A stretch of 64,000 nucleotides of DNA from NCBI RefSeq assembly GCF_001447785.1, contig NW_015161407.1, positions 1,456,222 through 1,520,221 on the forward strand, written 5' to 3'. A program made the position numbers and the translations under genes. The DNA comes from Gekko japonicus (Eukaryota). Below, piece after piece: positions 50,367 to 63,757 of the stretch; the first letter of the stretch is position 1; each line of letters starts with the position of its first letter. The notes below the pieces were generated by a model. That model worked only from the letters and a program-made list of their open reading frames with translations, had not been told where the DNA came from and ran no database searches.

Positions 50367-51517
50367 CTCTGGATATTCAGTGAACATTCTGAAGGTTCCT
50401 TTGGGGAGGAAATGTAACTTCAGTTGTGTGTGATGCTGGACCAGTGCCAGTCATAGAAAAAAACCCACAATAAATACAACATGGAGTAGAAATCAAAGAC
50501 TCTTTTGGTGGGATGTGGCAAAAGACAGGGAACAGATGCCTCTTTCAAAAATGAACATTTTGTGACTCTGTGATTTTGAAGCAACTCTGCCTGATTTATA
50601 TTCTAATATCTTTTTATTCATTTGCTATTTTTTAAATATTTTGTGAACAAAATGTACCTTGTACCTATACGTTGCTTTGTTTTTTACACATTATCTTTAG
50701 GTAGGGTAGATCTTGACATCCAGTTTTTGCTCAGATGAATTGCTAGACTGCTGTGCCTGAATATATGAAATCACAAATACAGCAGTGCTTCATAGTATAT
50801 TAAAGTCCATTGAAACTGATGGGCTCTCATTTATTCATTTTGTTCTGAACTTTGGCTAAGACATTGTTGATGACCACATAATAAGAATGTGGTCCAAATG
50901 GTGGCATACATTTTATGACCCACGACTGTGATATGTAGTTAACCAAGGCTCAACTTACCTAAAATTCTTGGATTTTTCAGTTGCTTGTGGGAAATGATAC
51001 ATAAGCAGTTTACAGTGGATATATTTGGAAGAGGCTTTATCTGCAACACGACTTTAAGGTAAGATATTGTGCATAATTTTTAGGGTCTTTTTTACAAACA
51101 AATGTGTTACTGTGTAGAAGTATGAGGCAGCCACAGCAGGTTTTACCTTCGACACAATGTCTAGAAATCCAGGGTAGAAAAAAGAATATAAGAAGAAGCC
51201 ATGCTTGATCTGACCCAAGAGTCAATATATAACTTTGGAGTCGTCTTAAATAATATTTACACAGATTAAATTTTCATGTGGGATCCAAACTTCCCTCCTG
51301 CTCTTTTGTATAGTGCTGTTGAACCACTTTACAACTTTACAATTAAAAATGGTGTAACATTGTAAGTGCTCTGCTAAACCATTCTAGAATAAATCACAGT
51401 CCTGGGGTCCTAAAAGTCCAGTCATAAACTGATGTTTGGTACTGAGTAAATTTCCGCTTTCATAGCTTGCATTGGAACCTCTTGTATAAAAAGGCAATAC
51501 ATTCAGTGAACAAGTGT

Positions 51518-51694
51518 TAGGGAATGTGAGCCTCATAGATAAGATAACTGGCTTGTCTAGGGAAGAAGAACAAGCAAGAACCAGTGCAATATCTATGCTG
51601 TTGCTTTGCTGGCTTATAGGGAATGTGAGCCTCATAGATAACTGGCTTGTCTAGGGAAGAACAAGCAATATCTATGCTGTTGCTTTGCTGGCTT
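51518..51694. repeat. Imperfect tandem duplication (99 bp and 78 bp)
   Basis: TAGGGAATGTGAGCCTCATAGATAA...TTGCTTTGCTGGCTT twice, differing by three short indels. Confidence 0.85.
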
Positions 51695-52260
51695 CATAAG
51701 ACTGGTCAGAGGCTAGCATCCTTAATGGTGCCTTCCAGTGCCCATTATTCCCAACTTTATCCTTCCTGTTATTTATTCCTTATACCAGCTTATAACACTT
51801 CACCTGATTTTATTTTTCTAATATAACTGGGTAGGATCCAGCACTCTGTAAATGAAGCAAGTTCACAGAAATTATTTTTACCGTTTTCCCCTACCTCCAG
51901 CACACCACCCCTTGAAAAGGCACAGTTGAAGGTAATGGGATTTTTTTTATACAAGAAAAAGCCAATAAATATATTGAAGACAGTTTGTAGAAGCGTTGGA
52001 TCCAACTCACTAGGACTTGATTGTGTGTGCCTTTATGAGTAATACATTTTGCATGTTATGTGTTTATACCATAGGAGCAGCATAAGATGTTTGAAGAAAG
52101 AAGCATGGACTTGAATGTTACTAACACAGGGGACTCCACTGGATGTGGTACTTGGCTGGTTGAAGTCTTGTAAAGGAATACTGGCCCAAGAACCTCAGAA
52201 TATTTTCTTGGGTTGAAGCCGTGGAAATAAATATGGTACTTTGGCTGGGTTAAATAATGT

Positions 52261-52794
52261 TGTAGTCAAGATATTACTAAGCCTTTCCTTTTGTAAACAA
52301 TACGAATGCAGAATCATACATGTGAAGAAGTCGGTGGCTTGTGGTTAGCATGTGAGGAAGTGGGTGGCTTGTGGATAACACTTGAAGACAATTTGCGTGT
52401 TAGCCAGACTACTAGCTTATGACAAAACTGCCCAGCCAATGATGGTCAAAGAAAGCTTAACCACATGTGGTAGTAAATGTTCTTTTGAAGAATGAAGTGG
52501 CTGCTGGGGAATGTGTGTATGAAGTGGAGGAGCTGGGGACTGATGGAGACAAAGGGAATCATACTACAGAAGCTGCTGAGCGTTCCTGTTCTGAAGTCTC
52601 TGTTGGCTGTGGTTTTGTTTCAGGAACCTCTCTTCCCTCTAGCACTTCCCATTCGTCATTTTCCCCTCTTGTAAACATGTACAAAGTGGATTTCTACAAC
52701 TTGCCTGAAACTTTCAGTACTTTCTCCTAGGACAACCAATAAAAGAAATGAATGGTCACTTGATAGGTTTGTGTCTTTAGCAAAGGCAGCTACA
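52261..52794 (+). mobile_element. Possible solo LTR
   Basis: TGTAG...CTACA ends, AATAAA about 50 bp from the 3' end; no TSD found. Confidence 0.35.
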
Positions 52795-53074
52795 GTCATA
52801 AAGGGTAATTAATAGTTCTAAGCAATGGGATAGATTCTCTTGCATCAAGGGGAAGGCTCTTGTGCTGAGGGATGGTGCTTTTGTGAGTGGACTTGGCTCC
52901 ATAGGACACTGGTAGCCTAGGGATCAACCTACTACCTCTTCATATAAGTAGTTAAATACTCGCAGGAACACAGCGGTTCTTTCTCTGGAGAGAAAAGCAA
53001 AGCGAGATCAAATTTTTGCAAAATTCGGATTGTGTTGATATTTTGACATTTGTACTTTGAAATCAGAAATGTAT

Positions 53075-53760
53075 CTATTTGTTTAGAAAATTTCTATGTC
53101 ACTTGTCCAGGGAGCCTGCTTGTAGTTTACAAAATAAAACATAATAAACATAAAACATTATAAAAGTTACTAAAACCCAGCAGCGAATAAAACAACAGAA
53201 AACATGGAACAAAAAATGGGTTCTAAACAGGCTCAAAACCAGTTATAAAATGATTTTTCAAAGAAAACTCCCTCTTATTTGAAAGCCTGGGTAAGCAGAA
53301 ACTTTTTGGTGTGGCACCTACAAGAAAGTACTGTAGGTGCCAAGTGAGTTTCAAAGGTGAGTTTCCTCAGGCGAGATGCAACCACTGAAATAGTTCTGTC
53401 TCTGGTCACCACCTGCCACACCTCCGAAGGCAGGGACACAGGGAGCAGGCCTTGTGAAAAAGGTTTTAGCTTCTGGGCCAGACAATAATGGAGGAAGCAG
53501 ACATTCAAGTACTCTGGTCTCAAGCCATTATTAGGGCTTTAAAGCTAAGAACCAGTGCTTTGAATTGGGCTCAGAAACAGATGGGTAGCCAGTGTTGAAT
53601 TTTTAGCACAGGAGTGATAACAATCCCCTATCACCTCCCTGACAATAGCCTGGTGGCTGCATTTTGGACCAATTAAAGTTTTTGGACCATTTTCAAAGAC
53701 AGCCCCACTCAGACCACATTGTAGTAATCTAACTTGGATATAATCAGAGCATGGCTCATG
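53075..53760 (-). mobile_element. L2 LINE 3' fragment
   Basis: Minus strand SKLDYYNV..VGLSLK..KL.LVQNAATRL, L2 ORF2-like, with an L2-type 3' end. Confidence 0.75.
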
Positions 53761-54505
53761 TTACTGCATATTGGTCAATATATTACCAGAAAGGGATTGT
53801 AGCATGTCAGATACCACCAAATGTTTGCTGCTCCTGCACCCTGGCTTTTGGGATTCCTTCCTAAATGAGATTCTCATTGCAGTTAGGTTGCCAAGCTCCA
53901 GGTAGGCCCTGAAGATCTTCTGGAATTACAACTCATCTCTTGACTACAAATTTCAGTTCCCCTGGATACAATGGTGGCTTTGGAGGGTGGACTGTATGGA
54001 AGTATACCCTGCTGGAGTATGGCCCCCCTCCCCAACCCCCATCCTTCCCTCTGCCCCCAAATTTCCAGGAATTCCCCAACTTGGAGTTGGCAATCCAACA
54101 CTACATCATTCTTGATGGAATTCTGTGGCTTGCTACAGTCAGTCCTTTTACAAGGGCCTTTGTTGGCTATGCTGCTGTTTAATGTCTTATGTTTTGAATA
54201 ATGCTGATTTTAAAAGATGTTGATAAAAAAGGAGAAACTCTTTGACCATCTTGTTGGCTGATACTTTTGTTTTTTACTCTAATGTTGTGATTTGTGTCTA
54301 AACTTGTAACCTACTCTGAAGGTTTATTTTTTTGGATGGAATATTAATGAATAAATCTTGTAAAATACCTATCAACTGTATCAAATATTATCAACTGTCA
54401 AATCATTCTATTTTATTAGATTTGTCAGCGGCTTTTAATACTCCTGTAGTAGAATTGGAGGATCACCCAGACAGCCCCATTCTGGGATGGCTGATTTTTC
54501 TGCCC

Positions 54506-54679
54506 TAGGGTTGCCAGGTGCCTTCCTCCTGCCAGCGGGGGGGGGGGTTGGGGGCATTCCATGGGTGGTCGGGGACATTACCGACATGCTGACATCATTT
54601 CTAGAAGGCTGGCTGGTGGCGGGCCAGAGCCCACAATAGCAGGGGATCCCCTGCCCTCATCTGGGGACTGGCAAACCTA
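54506..54679. mobile_element. hAT MITE
   Basis: TAGGGTTGCCAG...CTGGCAAACCTA; perfect TSD TTCTGCCC. Confidence 0.88.
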
Positions 54680-55987
54680 TTCTGCCCCCCTTTCTGTGTT
54701 CTTGGTTTTTTTTACCTGCCTCACTTAACCACTGGGCAGGTTGGGGTTTGTAAACCAGTACCACCAACCTGACTTTTGAGGCTTTGCCTTTACTTAACAG
54801 TCACCCAGGTAGGGTGCCATTTGTCCACGTTTGGTGGACAAAACCATAACACACCACCCCCATTTCCTGCCAGCACTCTGTGGACTGGTGGGAGAATTTT
54901 TTTACCATAGAGTTTAGGAAAATGCTAGAGTGTCCTATGACATGGTGATATCACTTCTAGTTATTCAATAGGAAATAATTGTCACCACATCAATGGATGT
55001 TATTCAGGTGATCCTTTGTCCCCCAAGTCTCCCAGAAACTATCAGCCAAGACCGAGGGCTGGCAACCCTAGGCCTGAGTCACCCCCCTTCTCATTGAATT
55101 TCCCTGGCACTGTTCCTTTTGTTGATGGCGGAGTGTTTTATTAAAAGATTACAGTCAAAATAGATAAAGTCAAAAGGTATAAGGAACTGCTAGTAACTCT
55201 TCTCATGAAAAGAAAGGCATTCCAAATGGGAGGTATGACATGTGCCCCCTTTATATTCATGGTACCATGAGGGTCTGCGTGAAGTGCCTGGTCAGAGCTG
55301 CTTATAATTTCTCTGACCCATCCGCTATACAAATCTACAGAAGTCTCTTCAGGGTATTTGTTTTACTTCTTTGTCAAGGATATTTGTAAGGATCACTGCT
55401 ACGTGTATTGGCTTCACCATTAAAGAGTTAGGCACCACAGCTTGTTAACTTCAAAACAGAACAGGCTTTATTTACAGAAAACACAACAGGTTTTTTTACT
55501 TAGGCAGAATGCTTGTTGCTTTTACTTTCACACAGATGTTAAACAGTTCACTACACCCTCTGATGATCACATCCTCCTGTACTGATTCGTGGTTAACTTT
55601 TGGCTTTGGTACTCTGGCTCCTCTTGAGCCCAACTGGCCACTAACCAGTTGTCCTGACTCGGCCCAGACCGCTTCCTCAGCCCTCACAGAACCACTTCTC
55701 TCAGATCCCTTAAGGAGTGATGTATCATTTGTGTATGACACTGTTGTGTTTCGCTTGTAACTGTCTGGTCACTGTCCCCTTCCTTCTGAGGAACTCAGTA
55801 AACCAGGTTATTCCAGCCCCAGTTATCTGTTTAACTGTTATTTGGCTGTCCACATACAGAGCTACCGAGCTGGAGCCCCTTCAGTTAGCTAACCCGGTGG
55901 TAGGCAAACTGCGGCTCTAGAGCCACATGCGGCTCTTTGGCCCCTTGAGTGTGGCTCTTCCGCTGTAAGCGCTGACAGCCTATTGAA

Positions 55988-56990
55988 GGGCTCAGTCCTA
56001 GGCCTGGTGTTGTTCAATGTTTTTATAAATGACCTGGAGGAAGACATAGAGGGGGATGCTTATCAAATTTGCAGATGACACGAAGCTGGGTGGGATTGCT
56101 AATTCTGAAGAAGACAGAGTCAGGATTCAAAATGATCTAGATAGGCTGGAACAGTGGGCTGAGACAAATAAAATGAATTTCAATAGAGATAAGTGCAAAG
56201 TCCTACACTTAGGTACAAAAAAATCAAAGGCACAGATATAGAATGGGAGGGACTTGGCTTGACAGCAGCACATGTGAAAGAGATTTAGGTGTTCTGGTTG
56301 ATCACAAGCTAATCATGAGCCTGCAGTACAATGTGGCTGAGCAGAAAGCTAATGCAAATCTTAGGATGCATTAACAGAAGCATTGTGTCCAGATCACGGG
56401 AGGTGGTAGTTCCGCTCTATTCTGCTATGGTCAGGCCTTACCTGGAGTACTGTGTCCAGTTTTGGGCACCACATTGTAGGAAGGATGTTGACAAGCTCGA
56501 GCGTATCCAGAAGAGGGCAACCAGGATGGTGAGAGGGTTAGATTCCAAGTCTTATGAGGAAAGGCTGAAAGAGTTGGGTATGTTTAGCCTGGGAAAGAGA
56601 AGGCTTAGAGGGGACATGATTACAGTCTTCAAGTATTTGAAGGGCTGTCATGTAGAAGATGGAGCGGATCTATTCTCTCTTGCTCCGGATTGCAAGACTA
56701 GATCTAATGGGTGGAAATTACAAGGGAGTCATTACTGGCTAAATATCAGGAGAAACTTCCTAACTGTAAGAGTGGTTGAGCAGTGGAACAGACTGTCTCG
56801 GGAATCTGGTCTGTGGGGGGGGGGGGGGATGCTCCACTGGACATTTTCAAGCAGAGGCTGGATGACCATCTTTCGGGTTATGTTGTAGGTATGTAGGCAT
56901 GTAGGGCTATCTTTTGGCTATGGTCCAGCATTGTGCAGGGGGTTGGACTAGAAGACCTGCAAGGTCCCTTCCAACTCTTAACATTTTATG
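55988..56990 (+). mobile_element. CR1 LINE 3' fragment (RT end), different subfamily
   Basis: LIKFADDTKLGG...RPYLEYCVQFWAP with frameshifts; 3' end GGTCCCTTCCAACTCT. Confidence 0.95.
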
Positions 56991-59164
56991 CTTTTAAGAC
57001 ATCAAAGAGGATCCAGCTACAAGTACCTGCAGACTTCCGGTCACTGTTACCACTGTAAGCACTAGCTCATATAAATACCCTCAACAGGGCTCTGGCTGTT
57101 GTGGGAACAGCAGCTCTAATGGTACTTGCTATCCTTACCTGCCTTGTCTGTGCTGAGTTGTGTTCCTACCTCTGGGTGCTTCAATGCAACCAGGAGAGGA
57201 CAGGATGTAACTCTTCCTCCCCATTCAGTTTTTAATTCACTTGTTAATTTTCCCCATTCACTTGTTAATTTTCTAAGGCACCACTTGCATAGCACAGGTT
57301 TTTCACTTTATCTGTCTATCAACAGTCTTATCTAGAGAGTGTTTAGACACTACTCTGAGGTTACAATGAGGTCATCATCACTGTTTTGGAAAACATGAGG
57401 TGATTAAACAGGTGCTGCCATTTTATCAGCATAATAGGAGTTACAACAGTGAAGAGGGGGAAGGATTTTCATCAGCTGAAGAGCAGAGTGGAGACTTTCA
57501 CTACACCTCAGGAGCAGAATTTGCAAGGGGAGGGTACATCAGTAACTGCAACAGGAGATGGAGAAGGATGGAAGTCCTATTATTAGACCAACTTTATTCC
57601 ACTAGCAGTGCCCCTCAACACAAAAAAAATGGGTTCCACTATGAAAAAAAACAGCTAAGAATTTTTAGAAATAGAACAAAAATATTATTTTGAAAATGAG
57701 ATCTTCCTTTGATCAGCATAGGAAAAAAAGCTCTAACTTCTAGAATGTAAATAAAGTACAGCATGTACAGGGAAAACTCTCTCCAGAAGCAACAGCATGA
57801 TCTGTGTACTTTGCAACATGATTGTTTCTATGCTAAAACAGAACTGCACACATTGTTTTATACTACATGAAGAACGGTAAGTGCTTCAAAGTTTTTAAGT
57901 AATGAAAAAAGCATCATGCAATCTTAAAGATGAAGTATATTTATTTAGAACATTTAATGCACTACAGTCCACCTCAGATACAGCTAAGAAAATGTGTAAT
58001 GCTTCTGATCCAGTGGAGTTTTGCCTACAAAAGCCATACAAAATCCATTAGTCTTTGAGGTTCTGCAAAACTCCTTTCTTTTCTCGTCGCAGTTTGTGTT
58101 GTGTTTACGTAGCAATCATACCATGAAATTTAGGAAGACAGGCAGAAAGACAGACAGCTATTCTATCAGTCCTTGGACACAATTAGTTGAGCAATCAACA
58201 AGCCAGGCCAAAATATATTAGCTGAAATTCAGTCCCAACCCATTTTCGCCATCTGAAGCTACTGAAAAAAGGCATTTATAAAACCAGGCATAGATAGTAT
58301 AAACAAACACCCCAAAGGATTGCTCATAGGTAAAGCCACATTTAAAAGTTACAACTCACCCATACTAGGTGACTTTGATAGCACTCCAATCTGAAAACAG
58401 GAACTTGTACTGCATAATGTTACCACTAGGAATAAGTCTGTTGTGGAAATAAATACAATGAGCTCTAGAATGGGGCTCTGAGAGAGTGCCCCGGCTTTGG
58501 GCACAGTGTGTCAATTTGCAGTGGCGACCTCAGCAGGGTATAATGACACAGAGTCCACCATTTTCTCCAGAGGAACTGATCTCTGCTACCTGAAGAGCAG
58601 TTGTAGTTTTGTTATCTCAAGCTCTCACCTGGAGATTGGTAACAATTGTTACCCAGGATGAAATGGTTGTTTTGGAGGGTGGAGTCTATGGCATTGTACC
58701 TGTCTGAGGCCCCACCCCTCCTCAAACCTCACCCTCTCCAGGCTCCACCCCTCAAATCTCCAGGAATTTCCCAATCTGGAGTTGGCAACCCTATCTCCCT
58801 CCCAGCCAACTGTCAACCTACCATTATCGTCCCCCTGGCTTCAGCTTTCCATCTCCTCCCCCTCCCTCCTAGAGAGCAGTTGTAATTCTGATTGATCTCC
58901 AGCCCCCACCTGGAGATGGGTAACAATGGTTCCCCAGGACGGAATGGCTGGTTTGATGGGTGGAGTCTATGGCATTGTACCTGTCTGAGGTCCCACCCCT
59001 CCTGAAACCTCACCCTCTTCAGGCTCCATCCCTCAAATCTCCAGGCATTTCCCACCTGAAGTTGGCAACCCTATCAGGACTGGCCCCAATGAGTTTTCTC
59101 CCAAAGGTCAAAATAGGTGACAGGATCAAGCTTGGTTGCCTACCCACAGGCACTGAGGGGAAAG

Positions 59165-59384
59165 TAGGGTTGCCAGCTCTAAGTAGAGAAACACCTGGAG
59201 ATTTGGGGGGTGGATCCTGCGGAGAGCAGCATTGGAGGTGTGTGGAAAGACTCGGCAGAGTATAATGCCATAGGGTCTACCCTCCAAAGCAGCCATTTTC
59301 TCCAGGGGAACTGGTCTCTGTCATCTGGAAATCAATTGTAACAGCGGGAGAACTCCAGGTCCCACCTGGAAATTGGCAACCCTA
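59165..59384. mobile_element. hAT MITE
   Basis: TAGGGTTGCC/GGCAACCCTA; TSD GGGGAAAG/GGGGAAAA. Confidence 0.88.
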
Positions 59385-59559
59385 GGGGAAAATCAGCTGC
59401 ACAATAGAGAGTTGAAGAGAATGGTTTGATGGCCACTGGCCCACTTCATTAGCCAGCCAGCCAGTCAGCCATACTGGAGCCAAGCAGGAGAGAGTTTTTA
59501 CTTTATTTTGACAGGAAAGTGGCCAAGCTGGCAGTGGGCGGGGGAGGGGGTTACACTGA

Positions 59560-59827
59560 ACCAAGCTTGGTTGCCTACCAACAGCCACTGAGGGAAGCAG
59601 CAGAAGTGTCTTTGTCAAGGGAGAGCGAGCCATCTGCCAGTTATTCTGAGAGGCAAGGTGGCTGCAGTGGGAGTGGGTGGGGAACAGGAGCAGACCCAGC
59701 ACCCGGTCAATGGCACGCAAGTACTCTTGAGTGGTGGCTGACGGCCCAATGCCTGATGGAACCACACTGCACAGTCAACGGGAGAGCTGGAAATGGCCAA
59801 TACGCTAAGAGAATTATTATATAGAGA
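59560..59827 (-). mobile_element. Probable Helitron 5' fragment
   Basis: Minus strand begins A|TCTCTATATAATAATT; paralogous to 60315-60599. Confidence 0.55.
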
Positions 59828-59959
59828 TTTACACAATTATGGAGCACACAAACATTAAATGAATAAGGCAGAACTGTAGCACACACTATGAACCAACAGG
59901 ACATAAATCAACAGGGATTAAACATAATCATCTTTGCTGCCCTGCCCCTTGGGGCAGTC

Positions 59960-60133
59960 CTGGCCCATAGCTAACATGGGGCCCATGGGGCCCATCCCCC
60001 TAGTGTTTCTCCTGGGGGCCCTCTTGGGCTGCCCCCAAAGTGCTCCAACTTACCACCTGCACTGTACTTCCATTTCATTAGCTGGTGGGGCCCCCAAGGC
60101 CCCCTCCCAAAGAAGTCCGTAGCTACAGGGCTG
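59960..60133. mobile_element. hAT MITE, short relative of 62987-63757
   Basis: CTGGCCCATAGCTA...TAGCTACAGGGCTG; perfect TSD GGGCAGTC. Confidence 0.8.
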
Positions 60134-60314
60134 GGGCAGTCCTTCTTTCCCCACACTTTTTGGCCTTGGGGCAGCTGGGAACTGTAGGCCCACAGATGAG
60201 GAAGGCCCATTCAACCCAGTGAGTGATACCCCTGCAGGCCTGTCTCTGGAACTACAGCTCAATTAAACCTTATGGCAGCCATCTTACAAACACAGGTAAC
60301 TGCCATTTCGTTAC

Positions 60315-60599
60315 ATCTACCAACAGCCACTGAGGGAAAAGTTCCTCCCACACAGGAGGCAAGCAAGAGAAGCTTCTTCGTCAAGAGAGAAAGCTGTTTA
60401 CGAGGAATTCTGACAGAATACAATGGCTGAAGGGGGAGTGGGTAGAGAAGAGGAACAGACCCAGCACCCGGCCAATGGCACGCGAGTACTCTTGAGTGGC
60501 GGCTGACGGGCCAATGGCTGAGGGAGTACACTGCACATTGCACAGCCAATGGGAGAGCTGCAAAGGTCCACCCCAAAACACAATTATTATAGAGAGAGA
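60315..60599 (-). mobile_element. Probable Helitron 5' fragment, second copy
   Basis: Minus strand begins A|TCTCTCTCTATAATAATT; shares body with 59560-59827. Confidence 0.5.
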
Positions 60600-60950
60600 T
60601 GAGGCAAATCTTTCCAATAGCCTTAGCCTGTTTCTGCAGAAGCGGTCCTGTGAAACCTGGAAGTTTACATATGTGTTACAACAACAGTGCTTGGTTAAAA
60701 ATCTCTGGGCAAACACTGTAGCAATCTTTCAAAGGGACTCTAGCTGAGCAATTTGTGAGTATGTGCTTGTAAAATACACCTGTAAAGTCAGAGATACTTC
60801 TTACACAGCTTGCCATCAAGCATGAGTAGAACTACAAAACACTGTACAGCCTAAAACACTTCCACTTTACTGCAAACATTGATTCAGGTTACCTCATAAC
60901 TATTAAAATGGTTCAGTGGGCTGTAAACTGATCATCTCTCCTTTTAGGAC

Positions 60951-61501
60951 CGTCATGATCTGGGCTGTGCAAGCAAAGGCCTAGCAGGCCCAGGGAGCCG
61001 GAGTAGCAATGGGAGGAGGCCAGGCCTACAACTCCCAGAAGCCCCTGTTTTGGCACCAATTTTAGCCAATCACAGGGAAAGGGGACTTATAACAAAAGAG
61101 CTGGTACAGAAAAAGAGCTGTTATTTCTTCTAAGAGAGCAGAGCCAGAAGGAAGGCTGCTGCAGGGAAGAGACCCTCATCCTAAGAGGAAGGGTGAGCAG
61201 GCTGAGGCCCACTTGAGACAGTGAGCTAGGGACAGTAAGTTTAGACGCGTTAGGGCATTTGGTTTCTTTTCTTTTCACCCCCTTACTGATATTGTTCTTG
61301 CACCTTGTTTGTTTCCCATAGTGGGCTGACCTCCTGTAAAAATAAACCTTTTCCTTGTTATTTACTCTGCTTGGTCTTCGTGCTTATTTCAGCCAAACAA
61401 GGGAGGTCTGAAGGTCTTGGGAGGGTGTTCTGGGCCTTCTCAAGGGATCCTAAAACCAGAATGGTGGCAGCATCAGGTGACACCCCACCTGAGCCGTGAC
61501 A
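60951..61501 (+). mobile_element. Solo LTR (551 bp)
   Basis: CGTCATG (likely TGTCATG)...CGTGACA ends, CCAAT and TATAA boxes, AATAAA at 61341-61346, TSD AGGAC. Confidence 0.82.
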
Positions 61502-62986
61502 AGGACATACAAAACTAATGCTGATCGTCTCAGAGGACACTAGGTTGTCAGCCCATAAGCAAAGTGACATGGTTGTCAGAGCATTCTGCCACATGACCAT
61601 ATCCTAGTTTACTAGGCATAGAATATATTTTAAAACATTTGGGGTGATATGGTATCTTTAGTGGTGCTTTCACACACTCAGAATAGTGCATTTTCAATCC
61701 ACTGTCAATGCGCTCTAGCGATCATTTGCAAGTGGATTTTCCCATTTCAGAGAAATCCAATTTTTAAAGTGCATTGAAATGAGCTGACAGCGCATTAGAT
61801 CTTGGCAGAGAAGACAATACAGAGATTGAGCACACTCACATTTAATGTAATAAGTGCACGTATTTTAAATCTGAAAGTGATAGGACTTCTTTGAGCATTG
61901 GATTTGAACTAGGTAGTTTTCTCTAGTTTTAGAAAGCTACACATTGCCATTTGACTCATAGCTCCCAATAAAGACCAAAAAAAAGTTATTTAGCTGAACA
62001 GGTTTTTACTCTGGCGCTTCAGATAGGAATCCTGAAAACCAAATCATTACCTGAATCATGTGTAATTACTTTTGTAGCCATGGAAGCAATTTCTTTTGTA
62101 GCCATGGAAGCATGAAAGCTGGGAAGACAGCTTATTTAATACCTGCTTATCTATTACAGCATTTAAAAGTTTCACCTAACTAATAATTACTCTGAGACTA
62201 TGGCGCTAAGACCAGTTTGACTGCAGACAAATACCAGAATCCTGTCTGACAATCACCGGGAAGCAATTTATTCAGGAAGAGAGTCATTGTTTTACCCTCG
62301 CCCAAAATCAAACCCTTATTCCTAAGTGACCAAAGTCACTTTCACAAATCATCGGACTGACCTCAGTTCATAGGCTTAGACCCAATATGGCTCTTTCTAG
62401 GCTCTTTGGGACTCCTGAGGCAGCCCCGACTGCCTTTGAAATGCTTGTATGTCTCTGTAACTTTACTCCAACCCCAAAAAGCTGATGTTGTTAATATATT
62501 TTTTCCCACTCCTTAGAGGGGATGTATAACATTTGTCATGCATTGAATACAGACCTCTTTTTCGTTTTTAAGAGAAAACAAACTAATACCTTCTTGGCTG
62601 GGAAGCTGTTTGCCATCCATGTAGGAAATCCTTTACTCATAATTATTATAATAGGTGTGAATCACACACCTTTTTCAACCAGAAACATAGATATAAATAA
62701 TAATTAATTTTATCTTCAGAGTTACATCTGGTTTTGTACTGCAATGTAAATTTCCACCATCTGGGAGAAAGCTAGCATTATGAATAATAGAATGACATAT
62801 CCCAAAACATCCCAAGAAAACTGAGATGGTATGAACAGATACACCCTCAGTTTTACTTCAGACTTGCTGGGCGAGCAACACCAACAGACTTTCACGAGGC
62901 CACTTAAAAACAAGCTTATTTTAAAAGGGACACCGAAGCATTTTTAGCATAAATTTTATTTACCTTCCAGTGACTTGGGCAGGGGA

Positions 62987-63757
62987 CAGCCCCGTAGCTA
63001 AGGAGTTTTTAGGGAGGGGGCCTGGAGAGAACCACCAGCCAATCAAATCAAAGTTAATTAAATTAACTTTGATTTAATTGGTGGGACTCCTGAGGCAGCC
63101 CCGACTGCAACCGAGGGGGGAGGAGAGCGCCGCTCCCAACAGGAGGGACAGCCCTCGCACCGCAGACGAGCCCTCAGGTCTTGCGGGCACGCCAGGGTGC
63201 TTTCTCTGCCTCCCTCGGTGACTGGCAACCAGTGAGTGCCCTGCTGAGTTTCCCCGCCTCCCTCCCTCCCTCCCAGGGTGGACATGGACAGACAAGGAGG
63301 CGGCTCCCCAGACGGCCGCCTCACCCGGGATGTCTCACCCCCACTGGGGTCGCTGCTGTTGACTCCCCCGGGCGGCCGCTGGTGCCTCCCGCTTCATGCA
63401 GCACTCCCAGATCGCCGAGGGGTTGTTCTTTTTTCCTTCTTCTTTGAGGGTCTGGGTGTGTGGGGCAGCGGGGGCGGGAGGACAGGTCCGTCCCGGAGAA
63501 AGTGGAGGAGTTTCTTCCGTCCACTTTTCGTTACACAACAGGTTGTTTGCTTTGCAGCCCGGTTGGGGAAACCTCGGTTCAGCGCTTGATTTTTTTTTTT
63601 GAGGGAGGCAGAGGCAGGCACGCAGGAGCAGCAGCAGGTGGTGCAAAGTCACCAGCTGTTGGACTGAGGGCAGCAACGGGGGGCAGGGAAAGCCGAGGAT
63701 TAGAGAGGGGCCCATAAAAACCGTGGGTGGGTGGGCCCCACGGTAGCTACGGGCCTG
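62987..63757. mobile_element. Non-autonomous CpG-rich hAT element (771 bp)
   Basis: TIR CAGCCCCGTAGCTA / TAGCTACGGGCCTG; perfect TSD GCAGGGGA. Confidence 0.9.

Noticed and set aside
55385-55900. Possible minus-strand LTR interrupted by hAT and CR1 pieces
   Set aside because: Second terminus and TSD not found
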